A DNA stretch of 64,000 nt. Origin: Patescibacteria group bacterium (GTDB lineage: Bacteria > Patescibacteriota > Patescibacteriia > Patescibacteriales > UBA12465). The stretch spans positions 529-64,528 of the forward strand of contig JBMNFW010000001.1 in assembly GCA_050949525.1 (NCBI GenBank), in the 5' to 3' direction. The notes below the pieces were generated by a model. It worked only from the letters and a program-made list of their open reading frames with translations. It had not been told where the DNA came from and did not search any database. How positions within the stretch are numbered: the stretch's first letter is position 1; each line of letters starts with the position of its first letter. Of this stretch, positions 1-9,657 are shown piece after piece. The position numbers were made by a program, and so were the translations under genes.

Positions 1-1211
1 CCAGTCGGAAGGGCTGAAAAACCAGTAGAATTATTACCATCACTCCAAGAGGTATCTCTGAAATCTTGAGAAATCCGACCATCCATTAAATTTAAAAAAT
101 CCTGCTTAGACGGTAAATGCCAGCCATCAGGACAAGCATTTACTGCTGCTCCCCAATTATATAAAGCACCATAATTATTATTCCGACTATTAGCCTCGTC
201 ATTATTATACCAACTGTATAAACCATAATCACTATTAGGATCAAATGTACTAAGAACATCATATACATTATAATCAACTGGTGTAATAGGAATAGGTGAA
301 CCATCATTGTATAAGGTAGTTCTCAAATTATCTTGAAACCAACATTCATCATCAATTTTAACTGTACGATAGATTTCACCATCTCTCTCATCAATGAAGT
401 CATCACCACAGATCCATTCTTTAACTGATGATCCAGAAGAACTAATTGGTAATAATGGTAAAGGTAAAGCACTTTCTTCAGTTTGATCGTTTCTTGTACT
501 AGTAATAGTGATAGTATTACCATAGATGATTTGATTATCAGAGGTAATGAGATAGGCTCGGAAGAAGGGATAAGTACCAGGAACTAGATTTTGAATATTA
601 AGAGTATAACTATTATTAGTATTAACAGTATCATCTATTACTTTATCTTCATAATCATCTAAACTAGGAACTAGTTTAATATCAGGTAATACAGAATAAT
701 CATAGATAATACCTCGTTCTTTAATACTAATATTATCAGGATTGATAATATTAGTAGTAATAGGGATAATATGAGAGAAATCTTTTAATTCTTCAATCTT
801 CTGAGTTTCTAAGATAATATTATTAATATCATCATTATTATTATCTAATAATGTATCTTCTAAACCTAATTCTCTTAATATATCTAGAGCTTCATGAGGA
901 CGACCTAAATAGATAGCTTCTAAAGTATCAGGATGGATGTAATAGGCTCGGCCATCTTCTTCGACTGATATTAATATGACTCCAGCTAATCTTTCTGGGA
1001 ACTTAGTAGCTAGAAATCTATCGAGATCAGCTTTAGATATACCTAGACCTAGTTTTTGCATAATATCGAAGGCTTCTCTAGGACTAGACAGAGACTTTCT
1101 TTCAGCAGGACTTAATACTCGACCAGGAGAGAAAGAAATATTAGCTAGAGAGAAAGTAATGGAAGCCAGGAATAATAGTCCGAGGCTTAGTATTAGAATT
1201 CGTTTTTTCAT
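1..1211 (-). CDS. Secreted protein with C-terminal FISUMP-like (Fibrobacter succinogenes major paralogous, TIGR02145-type) domain; C-terminus runs off window start
   Basis: Absent from ORF track (no stop in window). Hand translation from ATG 1211-1209: MKKRILILSLGLLFLASITFSLA (signal peptide), open to position 1. Tail reads CWFQDNLRTTLYNDGSPI...YGALYNWGAAVNACPDGWHLPSKQDF (YNW / CP.GWHLPS signature). Confidence 0.7.
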   Translation of the reverse strand, partial: MKKRILILSLGLLFLASITFSLANISFSPGRVLSPAERKSLSSPREAFDIMQKLGLGISKADLDRFLATKFPERLAGVILISVEEDGRAYYIHPDTLEAIYLGRPHEALDILRELGLEDTLLDNNNDDINNIILETQKIEELKDFSHIIPITTNIINPDNISIKERGIIYDYSVLPDIKLVPSLDDYEDKVIDDTVNTNNSYTLNIQNLVPGTYPFFRAYLITSDNQIIYGNTITITSTRNDQTEESALPLPLLPISSSGSSVKEWICGDDFIDERDGEIYRTVKIDDECWFQDNLRTTLYNDGSPIPITPVDYNVYDVLSTFDPNSDYGLYSWYNNDEANSRNNNYGALYNWGAAVNACPDGWHLPSKQDFLNLMDGRISQDFRDTSWSDGNNSTGFSALPT

Positions 1212-1277
1212 ATGGTTTATGATTAGTTGTATTATATGTATATTATACTACTTTTGTGGGAAAAGATAAATATAATG

Positions 1278-1348
1278 TCGGAATGCCCGGAATCGAACCG
1301 GGGCTACATGCACCCCATGCACGCGTACTACCATTATACTACACTCCG
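1278..1348 (-). tRNA. tRNA-Pro (anticodon GGG)
   Basis: Cloverleaf read by hand: acceptor CGGAGTG/CATTCCG, anticodon arm CGTGC-ATGGGGT-GCATG, T arm CCCGG-TTCGATT-CCGGG; no encoded CCA. Confidence 0.85.
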
Positions 1349-1353
1349 TAAAA

Positions 1354-2511
1354 CTATCTCTCTAAAACTATTATTTCTCGCCAGACTTTTTGACCTAATC
1401 GTCCATAAACTAAACTTCCTCTTGATATTAAAGGTTTTAGTTTAGAAATATCTGGATTTAATTTCCAAATTTTATTCCCAGCTCTAAATTGTGGCCAAAT
1501 CATAACTATCCTTCCTCCTTTTTTTAAAATTTTTAAAAAAACTGCCAAAGCCTGAGAATAAAGAATATTTAACTCAGAAACTACCTCATTAAAATTCTTA
1601 AAACCTCTTTGAGGACCTAAATATGGTTCACTAACAATATAATCCACTGAAGAATTAGTCAATAGTGAAGATAAGTTTAAAACATCAGATACAAAAACCT
1701 CCCTATTATTTTCCTTTTTATTAAAAAATTCTTGGATCCAACTTAAATTTTCCTGACTATCCGCCACCGCCACAGCTGATATATCACTCCCAATTATCTT
1801 TTTGAAACCCATTAAATAAGCTTCACTTAAAACTGTTCCAGAACCACAAAAAGGATCTAGAATAGTTTTAGTACTAATATCATCATTTCTTCGAGCTAAA
1901 TTAATCATAATCTGAGCTAATTTTGGTGGAAGCATGCCCGAATAATCATCACGAGCTGGTCGACCAAAATCTCTTTTGGATAAAACCTTAAAAGGCTGAA
2001 CGACTAATGTTTGACCTAAAAAAACCCTTTTATGATCACTAAAAAGACAAAAATCAATCCCATTAGGTAAAAATAATTTATTTTGCTCAACAATAACACT
2101 AGACAAAGCCTCTTGACGAGAATTAACCATTCGACTGGAAATTCCTAAAGTCTTCAAATCTTTTTTTATAGCTAATCCGAGTTTAAAAAAATCTCCAGGA
2201 ATTTTTTTATTATAAACAGAAAAGCCAAAACTAAACTTCGTCCCACCACTATTTTGAGCCAAATTAACAGTATAACTCTTAATAGTTTGTGCTAAAGCTT
2301 TACGATTAGCTAAATTAAACTCTTGAATAATCTCGCCAATTTTAATAGTTCCACCTAAAACATTAATTAATTTTTTGGAATCAATTTTATCAACAAAATC
2401 CCCCACTAATATTGTACCAAAACGAAACCACTTAACTTCAGGAAAAAGAGATTTTAGTTCAGCCTGTGATAAGTCGGGATTATTACCCAAAGAAAAGAAA
2501 TATTTTATCAT
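1354..2511 (-). CDS. THUMP-type RNA methyltransferase (Trm11/RlmL-like class I SAM MTase)
   Basis: 385-aa ORF; motif I ILDPFCGSGT and motif IV-like VSEPYLGP preceded by an N-terminal THUMP-like region. Confidence 0.65.
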   Translation of the reverse strand: MIKYFFSLGNNPDLSQAELKSLFPEVKWFRFGTILVGDFVDKIDSKKLINVLGGTIKIGEIIQEFNLANRKALAQTIKSYTVNLAQNSGGTKFSFGFSVYNKKIPGDFFKLGLAIKKDLKTLGISSRMVNSRQEALSSVIVEQNKLFLPNGIDFCLFSDHKRVFLGQTLVVQPFKVLSKRDFGRPARDDYSGMLPPKLAQIMINLARRNDDISTKTILDPFCGSGTVLSEAYLMGFKKIIGSDISAVAVADSQENLSWIQEFFNKKENNREVFVSDVLNLSSLLTNSSVDYIVSEPYLGPQRGFKNFNEVVSELNILYSQALAVFLKILKKGGRIVMIWPQFRAGNKIWKLNPDISKLKPLISRGSLVYGRLGQKVWREIIVLER

Positions 2512-2553
2512 AATATTATTATATCACTAAAAATTAAAAAGAAAAATCAAGTC

Positions 2554-3639
2554 TGAATAAGTTCAGATACATTTTGGAAAATAAAAAGCCCAAAATGTAT
2601 GCAGATAAAGTTTAAGTACTATAATTGTCCCGGATTTGGTACATTATATAATGATGCAATTAAGCAAAAATATATGATTACCAAAGAAGCTAGACAAAGA
2701 CTCAAAATATTAGAATTTTGGAAGCAATATGGCCTTCAAGCCACTACTGATGCCTTTGGGGTTAAAAAATCTACCCTATACAATTGGCAAAAAATATTTA
2801 GAGAAGGGGGTGGCAAGATAGAAGCTCTCAATCCTAAATCCCAAGCTAGGATTAACAAGAATAAAAGAGAAATACATCCTCTGATATTAAAAGAGATTAG
2901 ACGTTTAAGACTAGAGATTTGTCCTAATATGGGTAAAACTAAAGTTAAAAAATTTTTAGATAAATTTTGTGAAATTAATAATTTACCAATATACTCAGAA
3001 TCAAAGATAGGTAGAATTATTAAAGATAAAGATATATATCATCATAGACAGAAAATATCTCATTTTGGTAAGATTAAAAAAATTAAAAAAACTAAAAAGA
3101 AAAGAAAACCTAAGGAATTACAAGTAAATAATCCTGGGGATTTAATAGAGATAGATACTGTTGTTAGATTTCACAATGGATTAAAGAGATATATTATTAC
3201 CGCTGTTGATACTTTTAGCCGAACAGCTTTCGCTTATGCCTATAACAGAATTAGTAGCTCTAATGCTAAAGATTTTTTTAAAAAATTAGAAGAAGTCATG
3301 CCCTTTAATATTAAGGCTGTTCAGACTGATAATGGTTTAGAATTCCATCTCTATTTTAAAAAATACTTAGAAGAGAGAAAAATTGAGCATTATTTCAATT
3401 ATCCAGGTAGACCATACAAACAGGGTCATATTGAGAAGTTTAATAGGACTATTCAAGAAGAATTCATTGATTGGAGTGGTGAAAAATACTTTGATAATTT
3501 AGATGATTTTAATAATTTGTTAATTGATTGGCTTCTTTGGTATAATACCGATAGACCACATTGGAGCCTTGAATTAGTATCTCCGATGAATTATTTGGTT
3601 AATAATAATTTTTTTTCCAAAATGACGTGGACTAATACA
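2554..3639 (+). mobile_element. IS element copy 1 (IS481/IS3-like DDE element), 1086 bp, TG..CA termini, 5-bp TSD AAGTC
   Basis: Boundaries set by where it stops matching the inverted copy at 15653-16739. Imperfect terminal IRs TGAATAAGTTCAG..CATTTTGGAAAA / TGTATTAGTCCACGTCATTTTGGAAAA. AAGTC at 2549-2553 and 3640-3644. Confidence 0.85.
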
Positions 3640-3648
3640 AAGTCTTGA
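2599..3648 (+). CDS. DDE transposase (integrase-core/rve type), intact 349 aa
   Basis: N-terminal HTH-like region, then D..D..E core (IEIDTV, VQTDNGLEF, GHIEKFNRTIQEEF) and YNTDRPHWSL tail. Stop codon lies 9 nt outside the IS end. Confidence 0.85.
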   Translation: MQIKFKYYNCPGFGTLYNDAIKQKYMITKEARQRLKILEFWKQYGLQATTDAFGVKKSTLYNWQKIFREGGGKIEALNPKSQARINKNKREIHPLILKEIRRLRLEICPNMGKTKVKKFLDKFCEINNLPIYSESKIGRIIKDKDIYHHRQKISHFGKIKKIKKTKKKRKPKELQVNNPGDLIEIDTVVRFHNGLKRYIITAVDTFSRTAFAYAYNRISSSNAKDFFKKLEEVMPFNIKAVQTDNGLEFHLYFKKYLEERKIEHYFNYPGRPYKQGHIEKFNRTIQEEFIDWSGEKYFDNLDDFNNLLIDWLLWYNTDRPHWSLELVSPMNYLVNNNFFSKMTWTNTKS

Positions 3649-3792
3649 TTTTATTTCAAACTATGCTATAGTGTATAGACAAATAAAAATTACCTTTCCC
3701 ACGCTTTTTTAAAAGGCAATCCCATTGTGAAAATGGAATTAAAGGTATTCTAAGAAACCCAGATTTTCTTTGAATGCTTTTGGGTTTTTTTA
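3645..3792 (+). promoter_or_regulatory. Promoter plus about 110-nt leader ending in a terminator-like hairpin upstream of rpsF operon (possible r-protein autoregulatory leader)
   Basis: TTGATT (3645-3650) -16 nt- TGcTATAGT (3664-3672). Small hairpins CCATT/AATGG (3722-3736). Stem AAACCCA (3756-3762) / TGGGTTT (3780-3786) followed by T7. Confidence 0.35.
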
Positions 3793-3873
3793 TTTAAATT
3801 TATAACTAAAAGAGTTATTTAAAATTTAATTATTATAAAAATTAAATTTAAGTAATTTCTGCTAAAATTATTT

Positions 3874-4389
3874 ATGTCAAAAACAAAGCCTTCCGGGCAA
3901 ATCCACTATGAGATCCTGTTCATTATTCCTAATAAATTTACCGATGATGAAGCGCAAGGTATTTTTAAAAAAGTTGGAGAATTAATTAAAGATCTAGGTG
4001 GAAACCTTAGTTTAGAAAACTATTGGGGCAAGAAAAAATTTGCTTACCCCATTAAACATGAAAACTATGGTTATTACGGATTATATGAATTTGATATTAA
4101 TAGATCAGCTATCACTGAAATTAATAACAAACTTCGATTAGATACCGATATTTTAAGATTTTTAATTGTTAAAAAAGATTTAAAAAATGAAGAACAAATC
4201 AAAAAAGATGAGAGAATAAAAGCTAAAATAGCGGAAAAAAAGATTGAAGAAAAAAAATCTGAAGAAGAAGAAAAAGAAGAAAAAAAGAAAAAATCTCAAA
4301 AAACCATTAAGTCTGAAGATAAAAAGGTAAACCTAAAAAGCTTAGATGAAAAATTAGAAGATGTCTTAAATATTGATAATCTTCTCTAA
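3874..4389 (+). CDS. rpsF: 30S ribosomal protein S6 with K/E-rich C-terminal extension
   Basis: YEILFIIPNKF...ENYWGKKKFAYPIKH..GYYGLYEF S6 core; synteny rpsF-ssb-rpsR. Confidence 0.9.
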   Translation: MSKTKPSGQIHYEILFIIPNKFTDDEAQGIFKKVGELIKDLGGNLSLENYWGKKKFAYPIKHENYGYYGLYEFDINRSAITEINNKLRLDTDILRFLIVKKDLKNEEQIKKDERIKAKIAEKKIEEKKSEEEEKEEKKKKSQKTIKSEDKKVNLKSLDEKLEDVLNIDNLL

Positions 4390-4418
4390 AATAAATAACT
4401 AATAATTAACTTAAATAT

Positions 4419-4835
4419 ATGTATTCCTTAAACAAGGTTATGATAATTGGTAATTTAACTCGAGACCCAGAATCTCGAACCATTCCTTCAGGGCAAAGCT
4501 TAAGTTCTTTCTCTGTAGCTACTAGTTATACCTGGAAAGATCAAAGTGGTGAGCAACAGAGCCGAACTGAATTTCACAACATTGAAGCTTGGGGAAAATT
4601 AGGAGAAATTTGTTCTCAATACTTAAGTAAAGGAAAAAAAGTATACATTGAAGGACGCCTTCAAACTGATGAATGGAATGATCAAGAAGGAAATAAAAGA
4701 CAAAGAACTAAAATCGTAGCTAGTGATCTCATAATGCTAAGCCCTAAAGGTGATACTAATTTCAAAAATAATGAAATATCCGCTTCAGAAAATACTGGAG
4801 ACGAAGAAATAAAAATAGAGGATATTCCTTTTTAA
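4419..4835 (+). CDS. ssb: Single-stranded DNA-binding protein
   Basis: LNKVMIIGNLTRDPE..R..PSG OB-fold start, acidic C-terminal tail ending DIPF. Confidence 0.9.
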   Translation: MYSLNKVMIIGNLTRDPESRTIPSGQSLSSFSVATSYTWKDQSGEQQSRTEFHNIEAWGKLGEICSQYLSKGKKVYIEGRLQTDEWNDQEGNKRQRTKIVASDLIMLSPKGDTNFKNNEISASENTGDEEIKIEDIPF

Positions 4836-4855
4836 TAACTTTAAAAAATAAAAAT

Positions 4856-5071
4856 ATGAACAAAAAAAATAAAACTAAAGAATGTTATTTTTGTAGTAAC
4901 AATATTAATCCTGATTACAAGGATCCTAAAACCCTATACTCTTTTGTAAATTATTACATGAAGATAATTGGAAGTAAAAGAACCGGAACCTGTGCCTGGC
5001 ATCAAAGAAAATTAACTACTGCTATTAAACGAGCTCGAAAAATGGCTCTATTAGGATTTACTCACAAATAA
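4856..5071 (+). CDS. rpsR: 30S ribosomal protein S18
   Basis: 71 aa, C.FC..N..PDYKD...L..F, TG.C...QRKL..AIKRAR.MALL. Confidence 0.9.
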   Translation: MNKKNKTKECYFCSNNINPDYKDPKTLYSFVNYYMKIIGSKRTGTCAWHQRKLTTAIKRARKMALLGFTHK

Positions 5072-5072
5072 T

Positions 5073-5633
5073 ATGTTAAACTTTAATGAAATAAAAATAG
5101 GACGTGTTTTAAATATAAATGATGAACCATTTTTAATTATAAAAACTGATCATCATAAAATGGCGCGCGGTGGAGCCGTCTTAAAAGTAAAGATGAAAAA
5201 TCTGATTAATGGTAACGTATTAGAAAAAACCTATCAAGGAAATGATCGAGCTGAAGAGGCTAGAACTGAAAATAAAAAAGCTAACTTTCTTTACAAAGAT
5301 CAAAGTAATGCTTATTTCATGGATAATACTTCTTTTGAACAGTTTTCTCTATCTCTAGAAAATATTGGAGATCAACAATTATTTTTAAAAGACGGTACTG
5401 ATGTTGATGTATTATACTTCAATAATAATCCAGTAACTATTACTCTACCGATAAAAATGGATTTTAAGGTTACTGTTTCTCCCCCCGGAGTAAAAGGAAA
5501 TTCTAGTGGAAATGTTACCAAACAAATCGAAATAGAGACTGGAGCAGTTCTCAACGCCCCTCTCTTTATTAATGAGGGTGATATTATTAGAGTTAATACT
5601 GAAAATGGAGAATATGTAGAACGAGTAGCTTAA
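5073..5633 (+). CDS. efp: Elongation factor P
   Basis: 186 aa; FNEIKIGRVL..DEPF.I....HHKMARGGAVLKVKMKNL; three-domain length. Confidence 0.9.
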   Translation: MLNFNEIKIGRVLNINDEPFLIIKTDHHKMARGGAVLKVKMKNLINGNVLEKTYQGNDRAEEARTENKKANFLYKDQSNAYFMDNTSFEQFSLSLENIGDQQLFLKDGTDVDVLYFNNNPVTITLPIKMDFKVTVSPPGVKGNSSGNVTKQIEIETGAVLNAPLFINEGDIIRVNTENGEYVERVA

Positions 5634-5651
5634 ATAAATAAAAATAAAAAT

Positions 5652-5679
5652 AAAAAAGCACCATTAACGGCGCTTTTTT
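5652..5679. terminator. Bidirectional rho-independent terminator between convergent efp and 5702-7000 gene
   Basis: A-run, stem GCACC/GGCGC (1 mismatch), 6-nt loop, T6. Confidence 0.5.
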
Positions 5680-5701
5680 CATATATATATAATCTTTAAT
5701 T

Positions 5702-7000
5702 TTATCCGGCTGCTGGTAAAAATACTGGACCATCTAAATTATTATTATCATAAAAATCTTTAACTAAAGGAATAACAATATTCTTTTTTGAAAAATAAGG
5801 ATTATCAATTTTAGATAAAACAGGGAAGACATAAGCCGGAACTAAAAAATCTTCTCCCCTTGATTCATCAGCATAACGCCAAATTTTAGCTAGAGCTAAA
5901 ACAGGAGTTCCAACTTCTACATCAACCTCTTCTACATTATCTCCCTCGGTAAAATATTCTGGATATCGACCTCCTTGCTTCAACATCTTTAAAATCAACT
6001 CGTTATCTCTCTGACTATCATACAATGAGCTCTCATAATTATTATGAGTAACACCAAAAAGACCTGACACTCTTTTTTCCTTTAAATCAATTTGAACTGT
6101 TAAACCAGAAAAATCTCCGTATTCTTCATAAACCAAAAAATTATCAACTATTAAAGGATAAACAACGGTCGCTACCTCCGAAACATAATCAACATTCTGA
6201 TAAGTTTGTACTATTCCAGAAGCATAAGAAGATAAATCAATTTCATAATCTCTTAAAAATCGATTGCTAATATTTAATATCTCTTGGTCAGATAAAGTAG
6301 CCGGGATTAAATCATCAGCCTGAGGCCATCTTTGCCAATTTTTATATAAAGAAAAATTAGAATTTTTTAAATCTATATAAAGAGAGTAGCCATAAGGACG
6401 ATCTTCATCTAAATTAATATTACTTAAATTAATATTAGACAAATTAGCTAAATCAAATGAAGCTATTTTTTGTTTAGAAAAAAACTTAGATATACTATCA
6501 CCTAAATTTAAACTGGTTCTTCGATAAACTGCCAGCTCATTAGATAAAATGCCAAGAGGCTCACCAGTATAAATATAGTTATAATTATAAACCTTAAAAA
6601 CATCAGGCTCAATAATAACAGGGCTATCTAACCCTTTACCCTGAACTGTTTTAGATGAGCAACTATCTTTACTATAACTATTACCTGATAATTGGGGAGA
6701 AAGATTACCAAAAAAAGTTTTTGGTTTTTTAGTAATTAAGCTTTGATTACTAAAATCACTATAACTAATTGGACTCTCCTCAAAAGAGTTATTAATAATA
6801 ACCACCTTTTTTGTTAAACCTACCACTACAAAACTAACAGTTAACAAAATTAAAATAGCGGTAATAGCTAAAGCTTGAGAAAAAGTAGATACAAAACTAA
6901 AGAAAAAACTATTCTTTTCATTTTTTATCACCTTTTTACTCACTTCTTTTTTTACCTTAGGCTCAGCCTTAGGTTTACTTAAACTTTTTTTCTCACTCAT
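5702..7000 (-). CDS. Hypothetical membrane-anchored extracytoplasmic protein
   Basis: 432-aa ORF, K-rich N-terminus, single TM (FSQALAITAILILLTVSFVVVGL), no recognisable motif. Confidence 0.55.
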   Translation of the reverse strand: MSEKKSLSKPKAEPKVKKEVSKKVIKNEKNSFFFSFVSTFSQALAITAILILLTVSFVVVGLTKKVVIINNSFEESPISYSDFSNQSLITKKPKTFFGNLSPQLSGNSYSKDSCSSKTVQGKGLDSPVIIEPDVFKVYNYNYIYTGEPLGILSNELAVYRRTSLNLGDSISKFFSKQKIASFDLANLSNINLSNINLDEDRPYGYSLYIDLKNSNFSLYKNWQRWPQADDLIPATLSDQEILNISNRFLRDYEIDLSSYASGIVQTYQNVDYVSEVATVVYPLIVDNFLVYEEYGDFSGLTVQIDLKEKRVSGLFGVTHNNYESSLYDSQRDNELILKMLKQGGRYPEYFTEGDNVEEVDVEVGTPVLALAKIWRYADESRGEDFLVPAYVFPVLSKIDNPYFSKKNIVIPLVKDFYDNNNLDGPVFLPAAG

Positions 7001-7083
7001 AATTTTAAATTAAAATTAAAATATTACAAACTTATTATATCATATTTAAATAATAAAAAAAATATTGTATAATAGGAGATAAT

Positions 7084-8457
7084 ATGAGCTATTATTTAAT
7101 ACTTTTTTTTATTTTTCTAAGTCTTTTAAGTCGCCTTAATCTTCGACTCTCTATTTTAGTACTTATTGCTATTCTACCTAGCTATTTAATAAGGTTCCAT
7201 ATTGGCCCTTTTCCCACTACTCTTTTAGAAATTTCAATTATAATAATATTTTTAAGCTGGATAATAGAAAATAGAAAAAATATATTTCCTTTAAAACTGA
7301 AAAGAAAAGAAAATACCAGAGCTTATCCATTTGCTTGGGAAATAATAATTATTTTAATCGTATCCTTCTCGTCAATTTTTATCGGTGGTCTTTCCTCAGC
7401 CGCCTTAGGAATATTTAAAGCCTATTTTTTAGAACCCATAATACTATTTATTCTAATTCTTAATAACTTCAAAGGAAAACAAGGTTTCAAACAAATAGTT
7501 AATGCGCTATCTTTATCAATCTTAATTATATCCATAATAGCTATTTGGCAAAAAATAACAGGACAATTTATTTTCAATAGTTTTTGGGCCGAAGCAGCAA
7601 CTAGACGAGTAGTGTCGGTATTTGGTTATCCTAATGCCTTAGCATTATTTATTGCCCCCATACTTCCCCTTATTTTAGCTTCAATAAAATTAGATTGGAG
7701 AAGCAAAAAAACTCCAATAATAATTTTAAAACAAATATTTTTAAGTCTCAGTTTTTTAAGCGGTCTAACAGCTATCTATTTTTCTAAATCTAAGGGGGCT
7801 ATTTTAGCTTTAATAATTTCAGCTTTAATAGTTTTAATAATAACACTAAAAAAGAGATTAAAAATAGCGCTATTATTAATCCTAAGCATCCTATCATTAT
7901 TTCTTTACCTACAAAAAGATTGGTGGCAATTAAAGCTCTCAGCTAGTCTTTCTTATCAGGTTCGTATTGCTCAATGGAATGAAACTATAACTATGTTAAA
8001 AGATGGTAATATTATCTATGGTTCAGGATTAGCTAAGTATCAAGAAAAAATTAAAACTTATCATCAAGAGGGAATTTTTTTCAATCGTGAGGCGGATCCC
8101 GATTTTAAAAGAAAAATTATTATCTTTGATGATAAATACCGAGCTGAAAGATGGCAACCATTAGAAATCTATCTTTACCCTCATAATATATTTTTAAACT
8201 TTTGGACTGAGCTAGGATTAGCCGGATTAATAATATTTTCCTTTTTAATTTTTAAATTTATCTTTCTATCTTTAAAATATTACTACCAAACTAAAAAAGA
8301 CCGAAATTTTTTAGGGCTAGCTTTATGCGCTTCAATGCTAATTATTCTTCTTCATGGATTAGTTGATGTTCCTTATTTTAAAAATGATCTCTCAGCTCTA
8401 TTCTGGATAATATTATCTCTTTTGGCTCTACTAAGCTATGAAAAAAATAAATATTAA
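7084..8457 (+). CDS. Polytopic membrane protein, O-antigen ligase/Wzy_C-like
   Basis: 457 aa, at least 10 predicted TM helices with one large loop (residues about 290-370) as in O-antigen ligase family; GGAG SD-like 8 nt upstream. Confidence 0.5.
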   Translation: MSYYLILFFIFLSLLSRLNLRLSILVLIAILPSYLIRFHIGPFPTTLLEISIIIIFLSWIIENRKNIFPLKLKRKENTRAYPFAWEIIIILIVSFSSIFIGGLSSAALGIFKAYFLEPIILFILILNNFKGKQGFKQIVNALSLSILIISIIAIWQKITGQFIFNSFWAEAATRRVVSVFGYPNALALFIAPILPLILASIKLDWRSKKTPIIILKQIFLSLSFLSGLTAIYFSKSKGAILALIISALIVLIITLKKRLKIALLLILSILSLFLYLQKDWWQLKLSASLSYQVRIAQWNETITMLKDGNIIYGSGLAKYQEKIKTYHQEGIFFNREADPDFKRKIIIFDDKYRAERWQPLEIYLYPHNIFLNFWTELGLAGLIIFSFLIFKFIFLSLKYYYQTKKDRNFLGLALCASMLIILLHGLVDVPYFKNDLSALFWIILSLLALLSYEKNKY

Positions 8458-9157
8458 CAAATTAATATCTCAAAGATCTAATTATTCTCGTCGACAAGCC
8501 GAAAATCTAGTTAGGCAGGGTTTAGTATCCACTAAAGAACGGATTATTCAGCTAGGAGAAGAATTCAATCCTCAAGAAGAAATCTTTGTTAAAGGAAAAA
8601 AACTAGCAACTAAAAAAGAAGAAAATTTATATTTAAAATTAAATAAACCTCCAGGTTATACCTGTACTAGAAAAAGCTTTATTAAAGAAAAAAATATTTT
8701 CTCTCTTCTTCCTTTTCAAGAAAAATTATTCATTATGGGACGATTAGATAAAAATAGTCGGGGATTGGTAATATTAAGCAATGACGGAGATCTAATCCAT
8801 AAAATCACTCATCCTAGCTTTGCTCAACAAAAAAAATATTTAGTAAAATTAGCCCCAGATAAAAGATTAGAAAACATTTCTTGGTTAAAGAAAATAAAAA
8901 AACATTTTAAAATTGGAATATCCATTCAAGAAAAAAACCTAGCTCGAGCTGATGATATTAAATACTTAGGCCAAAATCAATTTCAAATTATTTTAAGTCA
9001 AGGACAAAAAAGACAAATTAGAAAAATGTTTGAATTTTTTAATTTTCAAGTTATCGACTTACAAAGAATAGAAATAGCTGGAGTAAAATTAGAAAACTTA
9101 AAAGAGGGAAACTGGAAATATTTAAATCTTAAAGAATTAAATCTATTAAAATCTTAA
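8438..9157 (+). CDS. Pseudouridine synthase, RsuA/RluB family (S4 domain + catalytic domain)
   Basis: S4-like N-terminus (RSNYSRRQAENLVRQGLV) and catalytic GRLDKNSRGLVILSNDG motif. Confidence 0.8.
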   Translation: MKKININKLISQRSNYSRRQAENLVRQGLVSTKERIIQLGEEFNPQEEIFVKGKKLATKKEENLYLKLNKPPGYTCTRKSFIKEKNIFSLLPFQEKLFIMGRLDKNSRGLVILSNDGDLIHKITHPSFAQQKKYLVKLAPDKRLENISWLKKIKKHFKIGISIQEKNLARADDIKYLGQNQFQIILSQGQKRQIRKMFEFFNFQVIDLQRIEIAGVKLENLKEGNWKYLNLKELNLLKS

Positions 9158-9216
9158 TTTATATTATTCTAAATATTATGATATAATATAAATATAATTA
9201 ATTATTAATTAATATT

Positions 9217-9615
9217 ATGTCAAAAATAATTATTGCTTCAGGACCTGTTATTATTGAAAATAATAAAGTGTTATTAAACAAACATGGAGATGATAAATTT
9301 TGGAAATTTTGTGGAGGCCGAATTGAAGAACATGAATTTAGCTTAAAAACTGCAGCTAAAAGAGAAGTAAAAGAAGAAATGGGATTAGAAATAGAAATAA
9401 TAGATCATGATCCTTATCTTTTCTATACCGAAAAAGAAGTAGATGGAAATAAAATTAGTGTTGTTTTAGCTCATTTTTTAGCTAAAAAAATAAACGAAAT
9501 AACACCGGGTGATGACATTCTAGAATGGCGCTGGATAAATATAAACGACCTAGAAAAAGAAAACCTAGCCCCTAATATTATACCCACCCTAAGACATTTT
9601 GGCTTTATAAAATAA
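9217..9615 (+). CDS. NUDIX hydrolase
   Basis: Nudix box GGRIEEHEFSLKTAAKREVKEEMGLE (GX5EX7REUXEEXGU). Confidence 0.8.
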   Translation: MSKIIIASGPVIIENNKVLLNKHGDDKFWKFCGGRIEEHEFSLKTAAKREVKEEMGLEIEIIDHDPYLFYTEKEVDGNKISVVLAHFLAKKINEITPGDDILEWRWININDLEKENLAPNIIPTLRHFGFIK

Positions 9616-9623
9616 CAAAATTA

Positions 9624-9651
9624 TTGACAAAAATTTTTAATAAATTATAAT
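9624..9651 (+). promoter_or_regulatory. Near-consensus sigma70-type promoter
   Basis: TTGACA (9624-9629), 16-nt spacer, TATAAT (9646-9651), directly after the NUDIX stop. Confidence 0.5.
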
Positions 9652-9657
9652 ATATTC

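Noticed and set aside
323-1445. Track ORFs 323-523 (-), 976-1269 (+), 1227-1445 (+)
   Set aside because: The first is an internal out-of-frame piece, and the second lies antisense inside the long - strand FISUMP-like gene that I translated without stops from 1211 to 1. The third runs across tRNA-Pro.
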